DNA of 64,000 nucleotides from assembly GCA_002500665.1 (NCBI GenBank), contig DLRY01000046.1:6462-70461 (forward strand), given 5' to 3'. The position numbers were made by a program, and so were the translations under genes. The stretch comes from Opitutia bacterium UBA7876 (GTDB lineage Bacteria > Verrucomicrobiota > Verrucomicrobiia > Opitutales > Seribacteraceae). Below are positions 20,010-28,696 of this stretch, piece after piece (the first letter of the stretch is position 1; the number at the start of each line of letters is the position of its first letter). The notes below the pieces were generated by a model that was given only the letters and a program-made list of their open reading frames with translations, made no database searches and was not told where the DNA came from.

Positions 20010-20888
20010 ATGGGTAATCCGCCTTCCACGGAATACCCCAGAGTTTCCGTAGTCCTCACTACCTTCGACCGCAAGGATTTGCTGTCTCGCGCCTTGCGTT
20101 CCGTGATACGTCAGTCCCACCCAGTCGATGAAATTATCGTGGTCGACGACGGTTCCAGAGACGGCACCATCGAGGAACTCGCTCCGGTCTTTCCATACGT
20201 CTCCTGGCTACGGCAGGAAAACAAGGGAGTCTCCAGTGCAAGGAACCTTGGGATCCGCAGAGCTGGGGGCGACTGGATCGCCCTTCTCGACTCGGACGAC
20301 GAATGGGACGAGTCCAAACTCAAACTCCAACTAGAGACAATCCTTCAAAAGCCCGAGGCTCTTGCCTCTCACACGGGGGAGAGATGGATTCGTTCCGGAA
20401 ACGAGGTAATGCCACCCACCTACCTCGACAAGTCCCCCCTCGGGCTTTTTGATCGGAGCCTCCTTCATTGCTTGATCTGCCCATCCTCGGTTTTGCTGAG
20501 CCGCGAAATCTTTCCCGCCATTGGGTATTTTGACGAATCCCTTCCAGTCTGCGAAGACTATGACTTCTGGCTCCGTCTGCTTTTGTTTACGGAACCGATC
20601 CTTGTTTCCGAAAAGCTCGTGCTCAAGCACGGTGGTCACCAAGATCAACTATCGACCGCGATCTGGGGAATGGACCGATTCCGCATCCAGGCGATGGAAA
20701 AGCTCCTCGAGAACCCCATGCTCCCCCCGGGAAAAGCACGGGAGGTACGGGCTGTTATCGTTCAAAAATGCTCAATACTCTCGAAGGGCTTCTCCAAGAG
20801 AGGGAAACTGGATGATTCCCGACGCTATGACCGCAAGAAGGAACAACACGAGTCCCCTCTCGGAGAAACCTCTGCTTTCGCCCCATGA
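20010..20888 (+). CDS. Glycosyltransferase family 2
   Basis: VSVVLTTFDR, IIVVDDGSRD, GVSSARNLG, IALLDSDD, EDYDFWLR. Confidence 0.92.
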   Translation: MGNPPSTEYPRVSVVLTTFDRKDLLSRALRSVIRQSHPVDEIIVVDDGSRDGTIEELAPVFPYVSWLRQENKGVSSARNLGIRRAGGDWIALLDSDDEWDESKLKLQLETILQKPEALASHTGERWIRSGNEVMPPTYLDKSPLGLFDRSLLHCLICPSSVLLSREIFPAIGYFDESLPVCEDYDFWLRLLLFTEPILVSEKLVLKHGGHQDQLSTAIWGMDRFRIQAMEKLLENPMLPPGKAREVRAVIVQKCSILSKGFSKRGKLDDSRRYDRKKEQHESPLGETSAFAP

Positions 20889-21691
20889 ATCTGATTGTTG
20901 CCCTCAAGGCCGAAGCCAGCCCGCTCATCGAATCCCTTTCCCTAAGCAGGGAAGAGGGATCCGATTCGTTCCCCCTGTTTGTCGGGGATCATTGTAACCT
21001 GATTATTTCGGGAGTGGGTAAAAGCCGGGCATCCGCAGCGGTCCTCTATCTGCGGAAGCGATTCCCTCAGCCCAACCAAGCGTGGGTAAACCTGGGCTTC
21101 GCGGGACATGGCAAGCTGGAGGTGGGAAAGTCTTTTCTCGCAAACCGGGTGATGGACGGCGAGTCGGGGGAAGCCTTCTACCCTCCTCAATTGATCGTAA
21201 GTAAAATCGCCTCATCGAGCCTCCTCACCTCACTGAATCCCTTGGCCGATTACCCTGAGCCAATTGGCTACGACATGGAGGCATCCGCGTTTTGCCTTTC
21301 CGCAAGGACCGCCACTACCCGGGAACTCATCCAGGTCGTCAAGGTCGTTTCCGACAACCCTGCCAACCCCGTGGAATCCTTCGACAGATCGAGGGCTGCT
21401 GCACTCATGAAGAACGCCCTGCCCTCCATCCATCCCTTTCTCGAAAAGCTCGAGAAACTTGCCTCCAAGGTCACTCCTCCCACCGAGCTTCTCAACTTCA
21501 TCGAGGAGGCTTTTGCCCTCAAGCCTTTCACACAGACCCAACGCCATCAGTTACGCAAACTCCTCAACCAGGCCAACGCCCTAGGAATGCCCGAGGAAGA
21601 TGCTCGGGCAATCCTCGAGTCCTCAGGCACGACACGGGAGGCAATTCACGAACTGGATCTGGTCCTGGAGGAGCGGAGGCTCCTTTCATGA
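20885..21691 (+). CDS. Nucleoside phosphorylase/MTA-SAH nucleosidase-like protein (PNP_UDP_1 fold)
   Basis: LIVALKAEA, SGVGKSRASAA, VNLGFAG, YDMEASAF, KVVSDN; ATGA overlap with the GT2 gene. Confidence 0.8.
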   Translation: MNLIVALKAEASPLIESLSLSREEGSDSFPLFVGDHCNLIISGVGKSRASAAVLYLRKRFPQPNQAWVNLGFAGHGKLEVGKSFLANRVMDGESGEAFYPPQLIVSKIASSSLLTSLNPLADYPEPIGYDMEASAFCLSARTATTRELIQVVKVVSDNPANPVESFDRSRAAALMKNALPSIHPFLEKLEKLASKVTPPTELLNFIEEAFALKPFTQTQRHQLRKLLNQANALGMPEEDARAILESSGTTREAIHELDLVLEERRLLS

Positions 21692-22704
21692 TCGACCTAA
21701 TCTATCACGAGGAGGGCGTCCTCGATCATCCCCGGGCACGGGAAGTGCTTGACCGCTATCCGAGCGCCACCCTCGTTCCCTGCTCCCACTACAAGGAGAT
21801 CTTCAACCCCAACGGACAGAACTTTGCCCTGCAGAAGCAGAAGCCATCCCTAATTCTCGCCCGAAAGACGGGCTCGCTGGTTCATCCCGTTCCTCCCACC
21901 TACGGAATAGGCGGAGAACGCAACTTCTATTTTTCCCACCTTCTCAATTGCCTTTATGATTGTCGCTACTGTTTCCTCCAGGGAATGTTCCCGTCGGCCC
22001 ATTACGTCCTGTTCGTGAACTACGAGGATTTTCAGGACGAGATCCTTCGGCTCACACAAGAGCCCCAAGAAGGTGAAAGCTGGTTTTTCTCCGGCTACGA
22101 TTGCGACAGCCTGGCCATGGAAAAATCAACCGGTTTCGTCGGCTCCTTCCTTCCTTTCCTTTCGGAAACACCTAGGGCGCGACTTGAACTGAGAACCAAA
22201 AGTGCGGACACCGGTATACTAGAAAGCAAGGAAGCTCTTCCCAACGTCGTGACCGCCTTCAGCTTCACGCCGGAGGAAATCGGCAAACAACTAGAGAAGG
22301 GCGTCCCCTCCGTAGACTCCCGCCTGAGAGCCATCGGCAGGATTGCCGAGCGAGGGTGGCCCGTGGGGGTACGGATAGATCCTCTTCTCGACTGCATCGA
22401 TTTCGAGAAACGATACCGCGACTTGTTCGATAAACTTTTCCCCAGCCTTCCTGATGAATCACTTCATTCCGTTTCGCTGGGCGTTTTCCGGGTACCTTCA
22501 TCCTATTTCGGGAGAATGGAAAAGCTACACCCCCGGGAACCACTTTTCGCAGGCAAATTGGCCAAGCGGGGCGACTCCGTGGCATATCGACGAGAAATCG
22601 AGCTGGAGCGAACCGCCTTTTGCCGGGAGGAGCTCCTGAAACGCATTCCCGCCTCAAAGCTCTTTCAATGCGAAACAAACCTTGATGCTCAGCCCAGCCC
22701 ATGA
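21688..22704 (+). CDS. Spore photoproduct lyase (SplB)-like radical SAM protein
   Basis: Start MIDLIYHEE (ATGA overlap). NCLYDCRYCFLQG CxxxCxxC, DSLA, LELRTKS, GVRIDP. Confidence 0.85.
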   Translation: MIDLIYHEEGVLDHPRAREVLDRYPSATLVPCSHYKEIFNPNGQNFALQKQKPSLILARKTGSLVHPVPPTYGIGGERNFYFSHLLNCLYDCRYCFLQGMFPSAHYVLFVNYEDFQDEILRLTQEPQEGESWFFSGYDCDSLAMEKSTGFVGSFLPFLSETPRARLELRTKSADTGILESKEALPNVVTAFSFTPEEIGKQLEKGVPSVDSRLRAIGRIAERGWPVGVRIDPLLDCIDFEKRYRDLFDKLFPSLPDESLHSVSLGVFRVPSSYFGRMEKLHPREPLFAGKLAKRGDSVAYRREIELERTAFCREELLKRIPASKLFQCETNLDAQPSP

Positions 22705-22724
22705 GAATGCGCAGGACAATCCCG

Positions 22725-22753
22725 TTGCCTTTTCAAGAAGCGAGCCTTAGGTT
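22725..22753 (+). promoter_or_regulatory. sigma70-like promoter of tRNA-Thr
   Basis: TTGCCT (22725-22730), 17 bp spacer, TAGGTT (22748-22753), 19 nt upstream of the tRNA. Confidence 0.55.
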
Positions 22754-22760
22754 GTAGTTT

Positions 22761-23867
22761 GTGTTTGGGAATGCCACCTTAGCTCAGTTGGTAGAGCACT
22801 CGCCTTGTAAGCGAACGGTCGTCAGTTCGAATCTGACAGGTGGCTCCATTTCACTCGCCCTTGCCTGTGCGGTCCTTGGCTATTGCTCCCTTCATGGAGA
22901 TAAAAAGGACAAGCTGCGCCAAAGTGCGGAAAACATTCTCCTATACCAGCGATCATCCGGTGGCTGGCCCAAGAATTACGACCGTGATGAAAGCCTCACA
23001 AAAGAAAGGACTAAGGAGATTCGCAACAGGCGGAACGAAAACGACGCAACTATCGACAATGGGGCCACCCACACGGAAATTCGCTTGTTGGCCAAGGCGG
23101 CTCGCAAGCTAGAGGAAAACAAATTTCAGGAATCAGCTCTTCGGGGAATTCGCTATTTGCTTGAAGCTCAGTATGAGAATGGAGGATGGCCCCAGAGGTA
23201 TCCCGACCCGAAAGGTTACCATCGACACGTAACCTTTAATGACGGAGCCATGATCGGAACCATGGAAGTCCTAGACTCCATTGCCAAAAACGAAACGGTC
23301 TTCTCCTTCGTTCCCGACTCGACACGCGAGAAATGCAGGGGAGCAGTGAATGAGGGAATCGAGTTCATTCTTCGTTCGCAGGTTAGAGTCAATGGGCGGC
23401 TTACCGTCTGGTGCGCACAGCACGACAGTGAAACCCTCCTCCCTGCAGGAGCGCGATCCTACGAACTCCCATCCCTCAGCGGAAGTGAATCCGTTGGAAT
23501 CGTCCGGTTCCTCATGAAAATTGAAAACCCCGACAAGCGGACCCAGAGTTCCATTGAGGGTGCGGTCGCCTGGTTCGAAAAGGCGAAACTGACCGGACTC
23601 CGACAAGTACTTATTGATGAGCCCGGAACCCCCAAGGGAACGGACAAGAAGATTGTAAGCGACCCGAAGGCCCCTCCCCTTTGGAGTCGATTTTACGACC
23701 TTAGGAATGAAAGGCCATTCTATTGCAGCAGGGACGGAATCCCCCAAGACTCAATCGACAAGATATCCTACGAGCGCAGAAATGGCTATTCATGGCTGGG
23801 CGACTATGCCCGCAAACTCATCGGCATGGAGTATCCTGCCTGGAAAAGACGGATCACAACCGAATAA
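22761..23867 (+). CDS. pelA: Pectate lyase, polysaccharide lyase family 10 (PelA-type); start codon unresolved
   Basis: ENILLYQRSSGGWPKN, TIDNGAT, GGWPQRYP, TFNDGAM, WCAQHD, ARSYE, WSRFYD, RRNGYSW. No in-frame ATG/GTG/TTG lies between the tRNA end and the conserved core. Confidence 0.85.
   Translation: MFGNATLAQLVEHSPCKRTVVSSNLTGGSISLALACAVLGYCSLHGDKKDKLRQSAENILLYQRSSGGWPKNYDRDESLTKERTKEIRNRRNENDATIDNGATHTEIRLLAKAARKLEENKFQESALRGIRYLLEAQYENGGWPQRYPDPKGYHRHVTFNDGAMIGTMEVLDSIAKNETVFSFVPDSTREKCRGAVNEGIEFILRSQVRVNGRLTVWCAQHDSETLLPAGARSYELPSLSGSESVGIVRFLMKIENPDKRTQSSIEGAVAWFEKAKLTGLRQVLIDEPGTPKGTDKKIVSDPKAPPLWSRFYDLRNERPFYCSRDGIPQDSIDKISYERRNGYSWLGDYARKLIGMEYPAWKRRITTE
22773..22848 (+). tRNA. tRNA-Thr (anticodon TGT)
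   Basis: 76 nt, acceptor stem GCCACCT/AGGTGGC, D-arm AGCTCAGTTGGTAGAGC, anticodon loop CTTGTAA, GTTCGAAT T-loop, encoded CCA. Confidence 0.97.
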
Positions 23868-23872
23868 AAAGG

Positions 23873-24082
23873 ATGAACTGGGAGGCAATTTTCTGGTACC
23901 TCGTTCTGACCGACTCAGTCGCGGCCAACTTAGTGGCTTGGTTTTTCAGGGACTGGTACGAGAACAACCTGGGTAATATCCCAAGGCATTTCCCAGCCGC
24001 CAAAAGCTGGTGCCTGGTCTACTTGACGCTCGTCCTCTGGGTAGGCTGGGCGCTGTATCGGGGAGGCACGCTTCCCTGGTGA
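23873..24082 (+). CDS. 69-aa two-TM membrane protein
   Basis: MNWEAIFWYLVLTDSVAANLVAWF...WCLVYLTLVLWVGWALYRGG; starts 5 nt after the pelA stop. Confidence 0.65.
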   Translation: MNWEAIFWYLVLTDSVAANLVAWFFRDWYENNLGNIPRHFPAAKSWCLVYLTLVLWVGWALYRGGTLPW

Positions 24083-24094
24083 GCCGGAAACTCC

Positions 24095-26032
24095 CTAGGG
24101 AACCCGAAGAGGTTCGCCAAGCTCAACCCGGATGGCTCGGATCATGGCGTCCGCATTCAGGGGATTCAAACCGGCCAGCATGACCGAGACGTTTGGGTAA
24201 AGAACATCCTCTCCCTCGGCAGGCAAGAATACCAAGTTTTCGTATTTCCTAACCATGAGCCTGGGGTTGGTCTTGCTCTGAACGTCCTCGAAGGATGCGC
24301 CTGCAAGCTCGAGAGCTTTGAGGTACTTCTCCATCTTTTCGTCCATTGCCCTTTGGGTCAGAGGTCGCTCGACCTCTTTCTCCTCCTCGGTGAAAACAGA
24401 ATTTCCGCGCTTGTCGATAGACTTAACCTGAATTTTATCGATGTCCTTAAGGACAAGAATCCCGTTCCTCACTACCAACCCGGCCGACTTCGATTTTATG
24501 CCGGACGCCAGAACCCCCTTCCAAAGCCGGCTCGAGAATTCCCTTTCATAAAAGCTCGAGTCCTTTTCCAGTTCAAGCCCGATGGATGAGAAAAGTTGGT
24601 CCGTTTCTCCTACCAGGTAGCTTAGATCAGAGGGAGAAACCGGGCTTCCCCTTGCGTATTCTTCACTCGTTATGCGCAAGGAGCCTAGCGAGACTTCGTC
24701 CGGCATAACGCTCAGGGCAAATTCCTTGTCCTTCACGCCGACCTGCATCCCCCAGGAAGTGCGAAACAGGGAGAAGGCATCCTTCAAGGCAACGAGATTA
24801 TCCGCCTCCACCTGCTTTCCTTTGTAGGCATTATAGTTGAAAAGCGCGACGGCCAGGGCTGCGAAACTGTCCTCGCCTTGGGGGTTTTGCTCGGCGAACT
24901 TCTCCTCGACGCGTTTTACGATCAGTGAAAGTTCATCCGCCTTGGCCTTGAACTCCGGCCCCAGTGCAGTGACGTCGAACATCGGAGCAACAACCGGGTC
25001 GGGCGGATCCTCCACCTCGGGAGGAGAATCGACCCGGGCAAGATCATCGGAAACGAGCTCTCCATCCTGGTAGGTTTCATCCTTCAGGATGGTTCCATCC
25101 TTTGTCCTGAGGGTCCTACTGCCATCCCTCTTTCCGGACCTGTAGGAACCTTCGTCGTACTTTTGACCGTCGTTATGCCAAAGGGCGTAACGACCATCCT
25201 TAAAACCATCGGCATAGAAGGTTTCGGCCGCCTTCTGTCCATTGGGGTGCCAATTCGTCATCCGGCCATGAAGCTTGCCGTCCTTGAAGAAACTCTCCTC
25301 GCTCTTTTGACCATCCTCGTGCCAAGTCATTCTCATGCCGTTCAATAATCCCAAGCTATAACTGGATTCGGTCATCCTGTTCCCATTCGCATAGTAGCCG
25401 ACTATCCTGCCGCTCCCCTTGGAAAAGGCGCTTAGCGGACACTCTTCGCCATCAGGTTTCCAGGAAAAGGCCCGAAAGGGTCTGCCATTCTCAAATTCGA
25501 CCAAGTCCGCTACTTGATCGGTATCGAAAAAACGACGAACACTCCATCCGCTGAAGGCTTCATCGGCACCGAGGAGAAACACGCGACCCTCTCTTTCCTC
25601 CAGGTCAGAGGCATCGGTAGCGTTTCCCTCGACTGCAGCCTGGTCGAAGGGAACTCCCTTTTCGGCGCCGCCACTCTCGTGCTCAGGATTGCCAGGATCG
25701 GCTTCAAAGGATCCTCCTAGAAAATAAAACGCAATGCAGGCAAGCCCCAACCCTACAAGGATAACCGTGAGAATTGTATTAAGCGCTCCGCCCGCACCTC
25801 CCTTGAGCACGATTCGCTTGCCTTCATCGGTTTCTTCTTCTTGGGCGAAATCCTCATCCGGAACTAGATCCAAGGCCTTCGATATGGAAACCCATTCGTC
25901 CTCTCCCACTGTGCAAATATGGTCCCCGGGATCGAAGGAACCTTCCTCCACTTTTCGCTTGATCTCATTCAAGCCGTAAGGACCTACGCTCTCACCGTCC
26001 TTGTTTACCCAGTGTAGATCTGAATCCCCCAT
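24095..26032 (-). CDS. GYF_2 (DUF4339) + TM + MORN2 (YwqK-like) repeats + unknown C-terminal domain
   Basis: N-terminal WVNKDGESVGPYGLNEI...EW, TM ILTVILVGLGLACIAFYFL, repeats WHEDGQKSEE/WHPNGQKAAE/WHNDGQKYDE. Confidence 0.8.
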   Translation of the reverse strand: MGDSDLHWVNKDGESVGPYGLNEIKRKVEEGSFDPGDHICTVGEDEWVSISKALDLVPDEDFAQEEETDEGKRIVLKGGAGGALNTILTVILVGLGLACIAFYFLGGSFEADPGNPEHESGGAEKGVPFDQAAVEGNATDASDLEEREGRVFLLGADEAFSGWSVRRFFDTDQVADLVEFENGRPFRAFSWKPDGEECPLSAFSKGSGRIVGYYANGNRMTESSYSLGLLNGMRMTWHEDGQKSEESFFKDGKLHGRMTNWHPNGQKAAETFYADGFKDGRYALWHNDGQKYDEGSYRSGKRDGSRTLRTKDGTILKDETYQDGELVSDDLARVDSPPEVEDPPDPVVAPMFDVTALGPEFKAKADELSLIVKRVEEKFAEQNPQGEDSFAALAVALFNYNAYKGKQVEADNLVALKDAFSLFRTSWGMQVGVKDKEFALSVMPDEVSLGSLRITSEEYARGSPVSPSDLSYLVGETDQLFSSIGLELEKDSSFYEREFSSRLWKGVLASGIKSKSAGLVVRNGILVLKDIDKIQVKSIDKRGNSVFTEEEKEVERPLTQRAMDEKMEKYLKALELAGASFEDVQSKTNPRLMVRKYENLVFLPAEGEDVLYPNVSVMLAGLNPLNADAMIRAIRVELGEPLRVP

Positions 26033-26255
26033 GGTGATTCGCTACCACGCCGCAATCATGTTTTCAAGTTTCCATTTTTACGTGCAAAGAATCTTTGTTC
26101 TCAAAGACGCGACATCGCCAAGACCTTCTTCTTGACCCCATATGCGGCATCCTTTTTGCTCAAAAATATGATTTTATCAGGAAATCCTTTAGAAATAGTT
26201 CGGAACGTTAGCTAGCAATGGCCCGCTTATCACCGGGGAGGACTGCTTTTCGAAA

Positions 26256-27014
26256 ATGAAGGCATACGTTGGAAGGAACGGACAAAACTTGGGCCTTTTT
26301 TCCATCGAGCAAATAAGGGGTGAGATCGAGGCGGGAAGACTTCACGAACAGGATCTTGCCTGCCACGACGGCGCCAACTGGATCCGCCTCAAGGACTTGC
26401 CCGGACTATTCCAGCAGCCCGCTGCCAAAGTCGACCGACCTGTAGGGGACAAAGAAAAGCCCAAGATAATATGGTTCATACTGCCCGTCTTCGCATGTTG
26501 CATCGTGGGGGTCTGGGGAATTTCAGCCCTGTTCTTCGGCAAGGAGAACGAGCAGGATTCCTCAAAGCAAGTTCTTTCATCAGAGACGCTAGAATGGAAT
26601 CCTGATCAAGGGGAGAGCGATCAAGGTTCTTCAAAGCCAACTTTTTCATCAGGCACGCTTGAGTTGACTCCAGACCAAGTTGTGAAAGTGTATGATGGAG
26701 ATACTTTCTTCGTGCATCTACCGGGTATACACGAAATCTTCGGCAACAATATATCCATCCGCATCAAAGGGATCGATACACCCGAGATGAGAGGAACAAG
26801 CGACGAAATCAAGGTCCTTGCGACCAAGGCTCGTGAACTGACGGAAAGAACCCTCAAGGAAGGGAAACGCATTCAGTTGCGAAACCCCGAAAGGGGCAAA
26901 TACTTCAGGATCGTGGCCGAAGTATGGGTAGACGGTAACGCTCTTGCCGACATACTGAAAGCCGAAGAATTGGCGCAGGACTACGACGGTGAAGGCGAAA
27001 GGCCCACGTGGTAG
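26256..27014 (+). CDS. GYF_2 + TM + thermonuclease (SNase) fusion
   Basis: N-terminal YVGRNGQNLGLFS...W, TM IIWFILPVFACCIVGVWGISALFF, C-terminal VYDGDTF / IRIKGIDTPE / GKYFRIVAEV nuclease motifs. Confidence 0.85.
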   Translation: MKAYVGRNGQNLGLFSIEQIRGEIEAGRLHEQDLACHDGANWIRLKDLPGLFQQPAAKVDRPVGDKEKPKIIWFILPVFACCIVGVWGISALFFGKENEQDSSKQVLSSETLEWNPDQGESDQGSSKPTFSSGTLELTPDQVVKVYDGDTFFVHLPGIHEIFGNNISIRIKGIDTPEMRGTSDEIKVLATKARELTERTLKEGKRIQLRNPERGKYFRIVAEVWVDGNALADILKAEELAQDYDGEGERPTW

Positions 27015-27112
27015 CCCATCCCCGACCTGCTCCGCCCGCTAATGATACAAACAATTAGATAGCCCTTGACAGAAGCCTCATCCGGGGAAGGATTGAACAC
27101 TCAGTCTTTGCT

Positions 27113-28528
27113 ATGATTGGTCTTTCCGGGAGCATTCAATTTGTTACCTCCAGTATGGAGAGGTTTTCCGTGCGGGCGCATGCCTCGGTCAACAAGATCC
27201 TAAGTTCCGGGGATCCAGTAAGACGAGCGAGGCATGAAAATGATGCGGGAGCCATCAGTTTAGCGGCTAAGTTGTCATTCGACTCCGCCGCAAAAAGAAA
27301 CTCGATAAGTTCCTTTCAAAATGCCATCTCGTTCATGCAGTTGCAGGAATCAGCCCTCAACCAGGCCGACAGGATATATCAGGAAATGATATCCCTGGCC
27401 TCCCTTGCGTCCGATCCGTCCGCTAATCAGGAGAACCGGCATTTGCTTGGTCAGCAGTTTGAGTCGCTCAGGCAGCAATCCTTGGACCTCAATCAAAGTA
27501 CCTTCAATGACAGATACCTCTTCGATGAGCTTGCTGCATCAACGGATTACACCGTCGATTTTGCCTCCGGGCTTACGAACGACACACCGGCGACCATCTC
27601 GGGTTCGCCAAAGGTCTGGGAGGTAACGAAGGATGTTTTGTACAACACCGGAAAGATGACCATCGACGTCAATTCGGGTACCGCGGGCGACCGCTACATG
27701 CTCAAGCAGGACAACCTTGTTATCTTCGACTCCGGTTCTTGGGACACGGCTGGCAACGCCAAAACCTATGATTATGACCGCTTCGAGATCGAGTACGGTC
27801 CCGATAAGGAAACCACTTTCAAGTTCATCGCTCAATCCGACGGAAACTCCAGCTCGGTTGACTTGGATGGCCCCGATGGGATAAAGGGGACAGCCGATGA
27901 TGGAGTTCTCCCCTCGGACAATACCTTCGACAACAAACCCTACTACCTTAACAACTTGGGGCTAACCGACGACGGGACTAGTTCCGGAGTGGCAAACAGT
28001 TCGGAGGTTTTATACACTAACCAAGGCCAAGTCACCACCGCCAAGTCGAATCCCGACACGACTAATCTCACCCTGCGGATTGAATCCAACACCCTCTTCC
28101 AGATCGGTGCCGAATTCACCAAACCGAACGCCGATGATATTCTGGTAGGTAATGCAAGCGACATACAGGTCGCGATGAAGCCATTGGGTCTTGGCTTGCT
28201 TCTTTCTCAAGAAGCGGGAAACCCGCCCCTTTCAATTGCCACCGCATCCGAAGCAGTCAAAGCCCTGCAAAGCATCACCAAGGAGATTGAGGGAGTCGCA
28301 GAGCAATTAGGCACGCTCCGCAGTAACTTCACCAAGGTCGAACTTGCTATGGAAGGGGTACAAAAAAAGCTGGCCAGCCAAGAAAATGTCATGTCCATCA
28401 TTTCGGACGAAGGCTTGGCTGAAGATTTGACTCAGCTTAGTAGAGATAGAATACTCCGATCCCAAAGCGCAGCCATCATGACACAGGCAATCTCCGTTAA
28501 CGAGGGAATCGTCGACTTGATTCTCTAA
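27113..28528 (+). CDS. Divergent flagellin-family protein
   Basis: N-terminal LSSGDPVRRARHENDAGAIS...QNAISFMQLQESAL and C-terminal AEQLGTLRSNF...ISDEGLAEDLTQLSRDRILRSQSAAIMTQA match the flagellin D0/D1 helices; ~200-aa beta-rich insert. Confidence 0.8.
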   Translation: MIGLSGSIQFVTSSMERFSVRAHASVNKILSSGDPVRRARHENDAGAISLAAKLSFDSAAKRNSISSFQNAISFMQLQESALNQADRIYQEMISLASLASDPSANQENRHLLGQQFESLRQQSLDLNQSTFNDRYLFDELAASTDYTVDFASGLTNDTPATISGSPKVWEVTKDVLYNTGKMTIDVNSGTAGDRYMLKQDNLVIFDSGSWDTAGNAKTYDYDRFEIEYGPDKETTFKFIAQSDGNSSSVDLDGPDGIKGTADDGVLPSDNTFDNKPYYLNNLGLTDDGTSSGVANSSEVLYTNQGQVTTAKSNPDTTNLTLRIESNTLFQIGAEFTKPNADDILVGNASDIQVAMKPLGLGLLLSQEAGNPPLSIATASEAVKALQSITKEIEGVAEQLGTLRSNFTKVELAMEGVQKKLASQENVMSIISDEGLAEDLTQLSRDRILRSQSAAIMTQAISVNEGIVDLIL

Positions 28529-28588
28529 GGTCATTCCCCATTCGAGCCTTGTAAAAAGTGCCGGAGGACTTATAGCTTAGGGCATTGG

Positions 28589-28678
28589 GGAAGGATGGCA
28601 GAGTGGTCTAATGCGGCGGTCTTGAAAACCGCTGAGCCGGAAACGGTTCCGGGGGTTCGAATCCCTCTCCTTCCGCCA
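28589..28678 (+). tRNA. tRNA-Ser (anticodon TGA)
   Basis: 90 nt, acceptor stem GGAAGGA/TCCTTCC, anticodon arm GCGGT-CTTGAAA-ACCGC, long variable arm, GTTCGAAT, encoded CCA. Confidence 0.97.
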
Positions 28679-28696
28679 TTCTCGTTAGACTGGAAT

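Noticed and set aside
22773-28678. Prophage or integrative element at either tRNA
   Set aside because: No integrase, transposase or phage structural gene, and no duplicated tRNA 3' end (att repeat) was found in the window.
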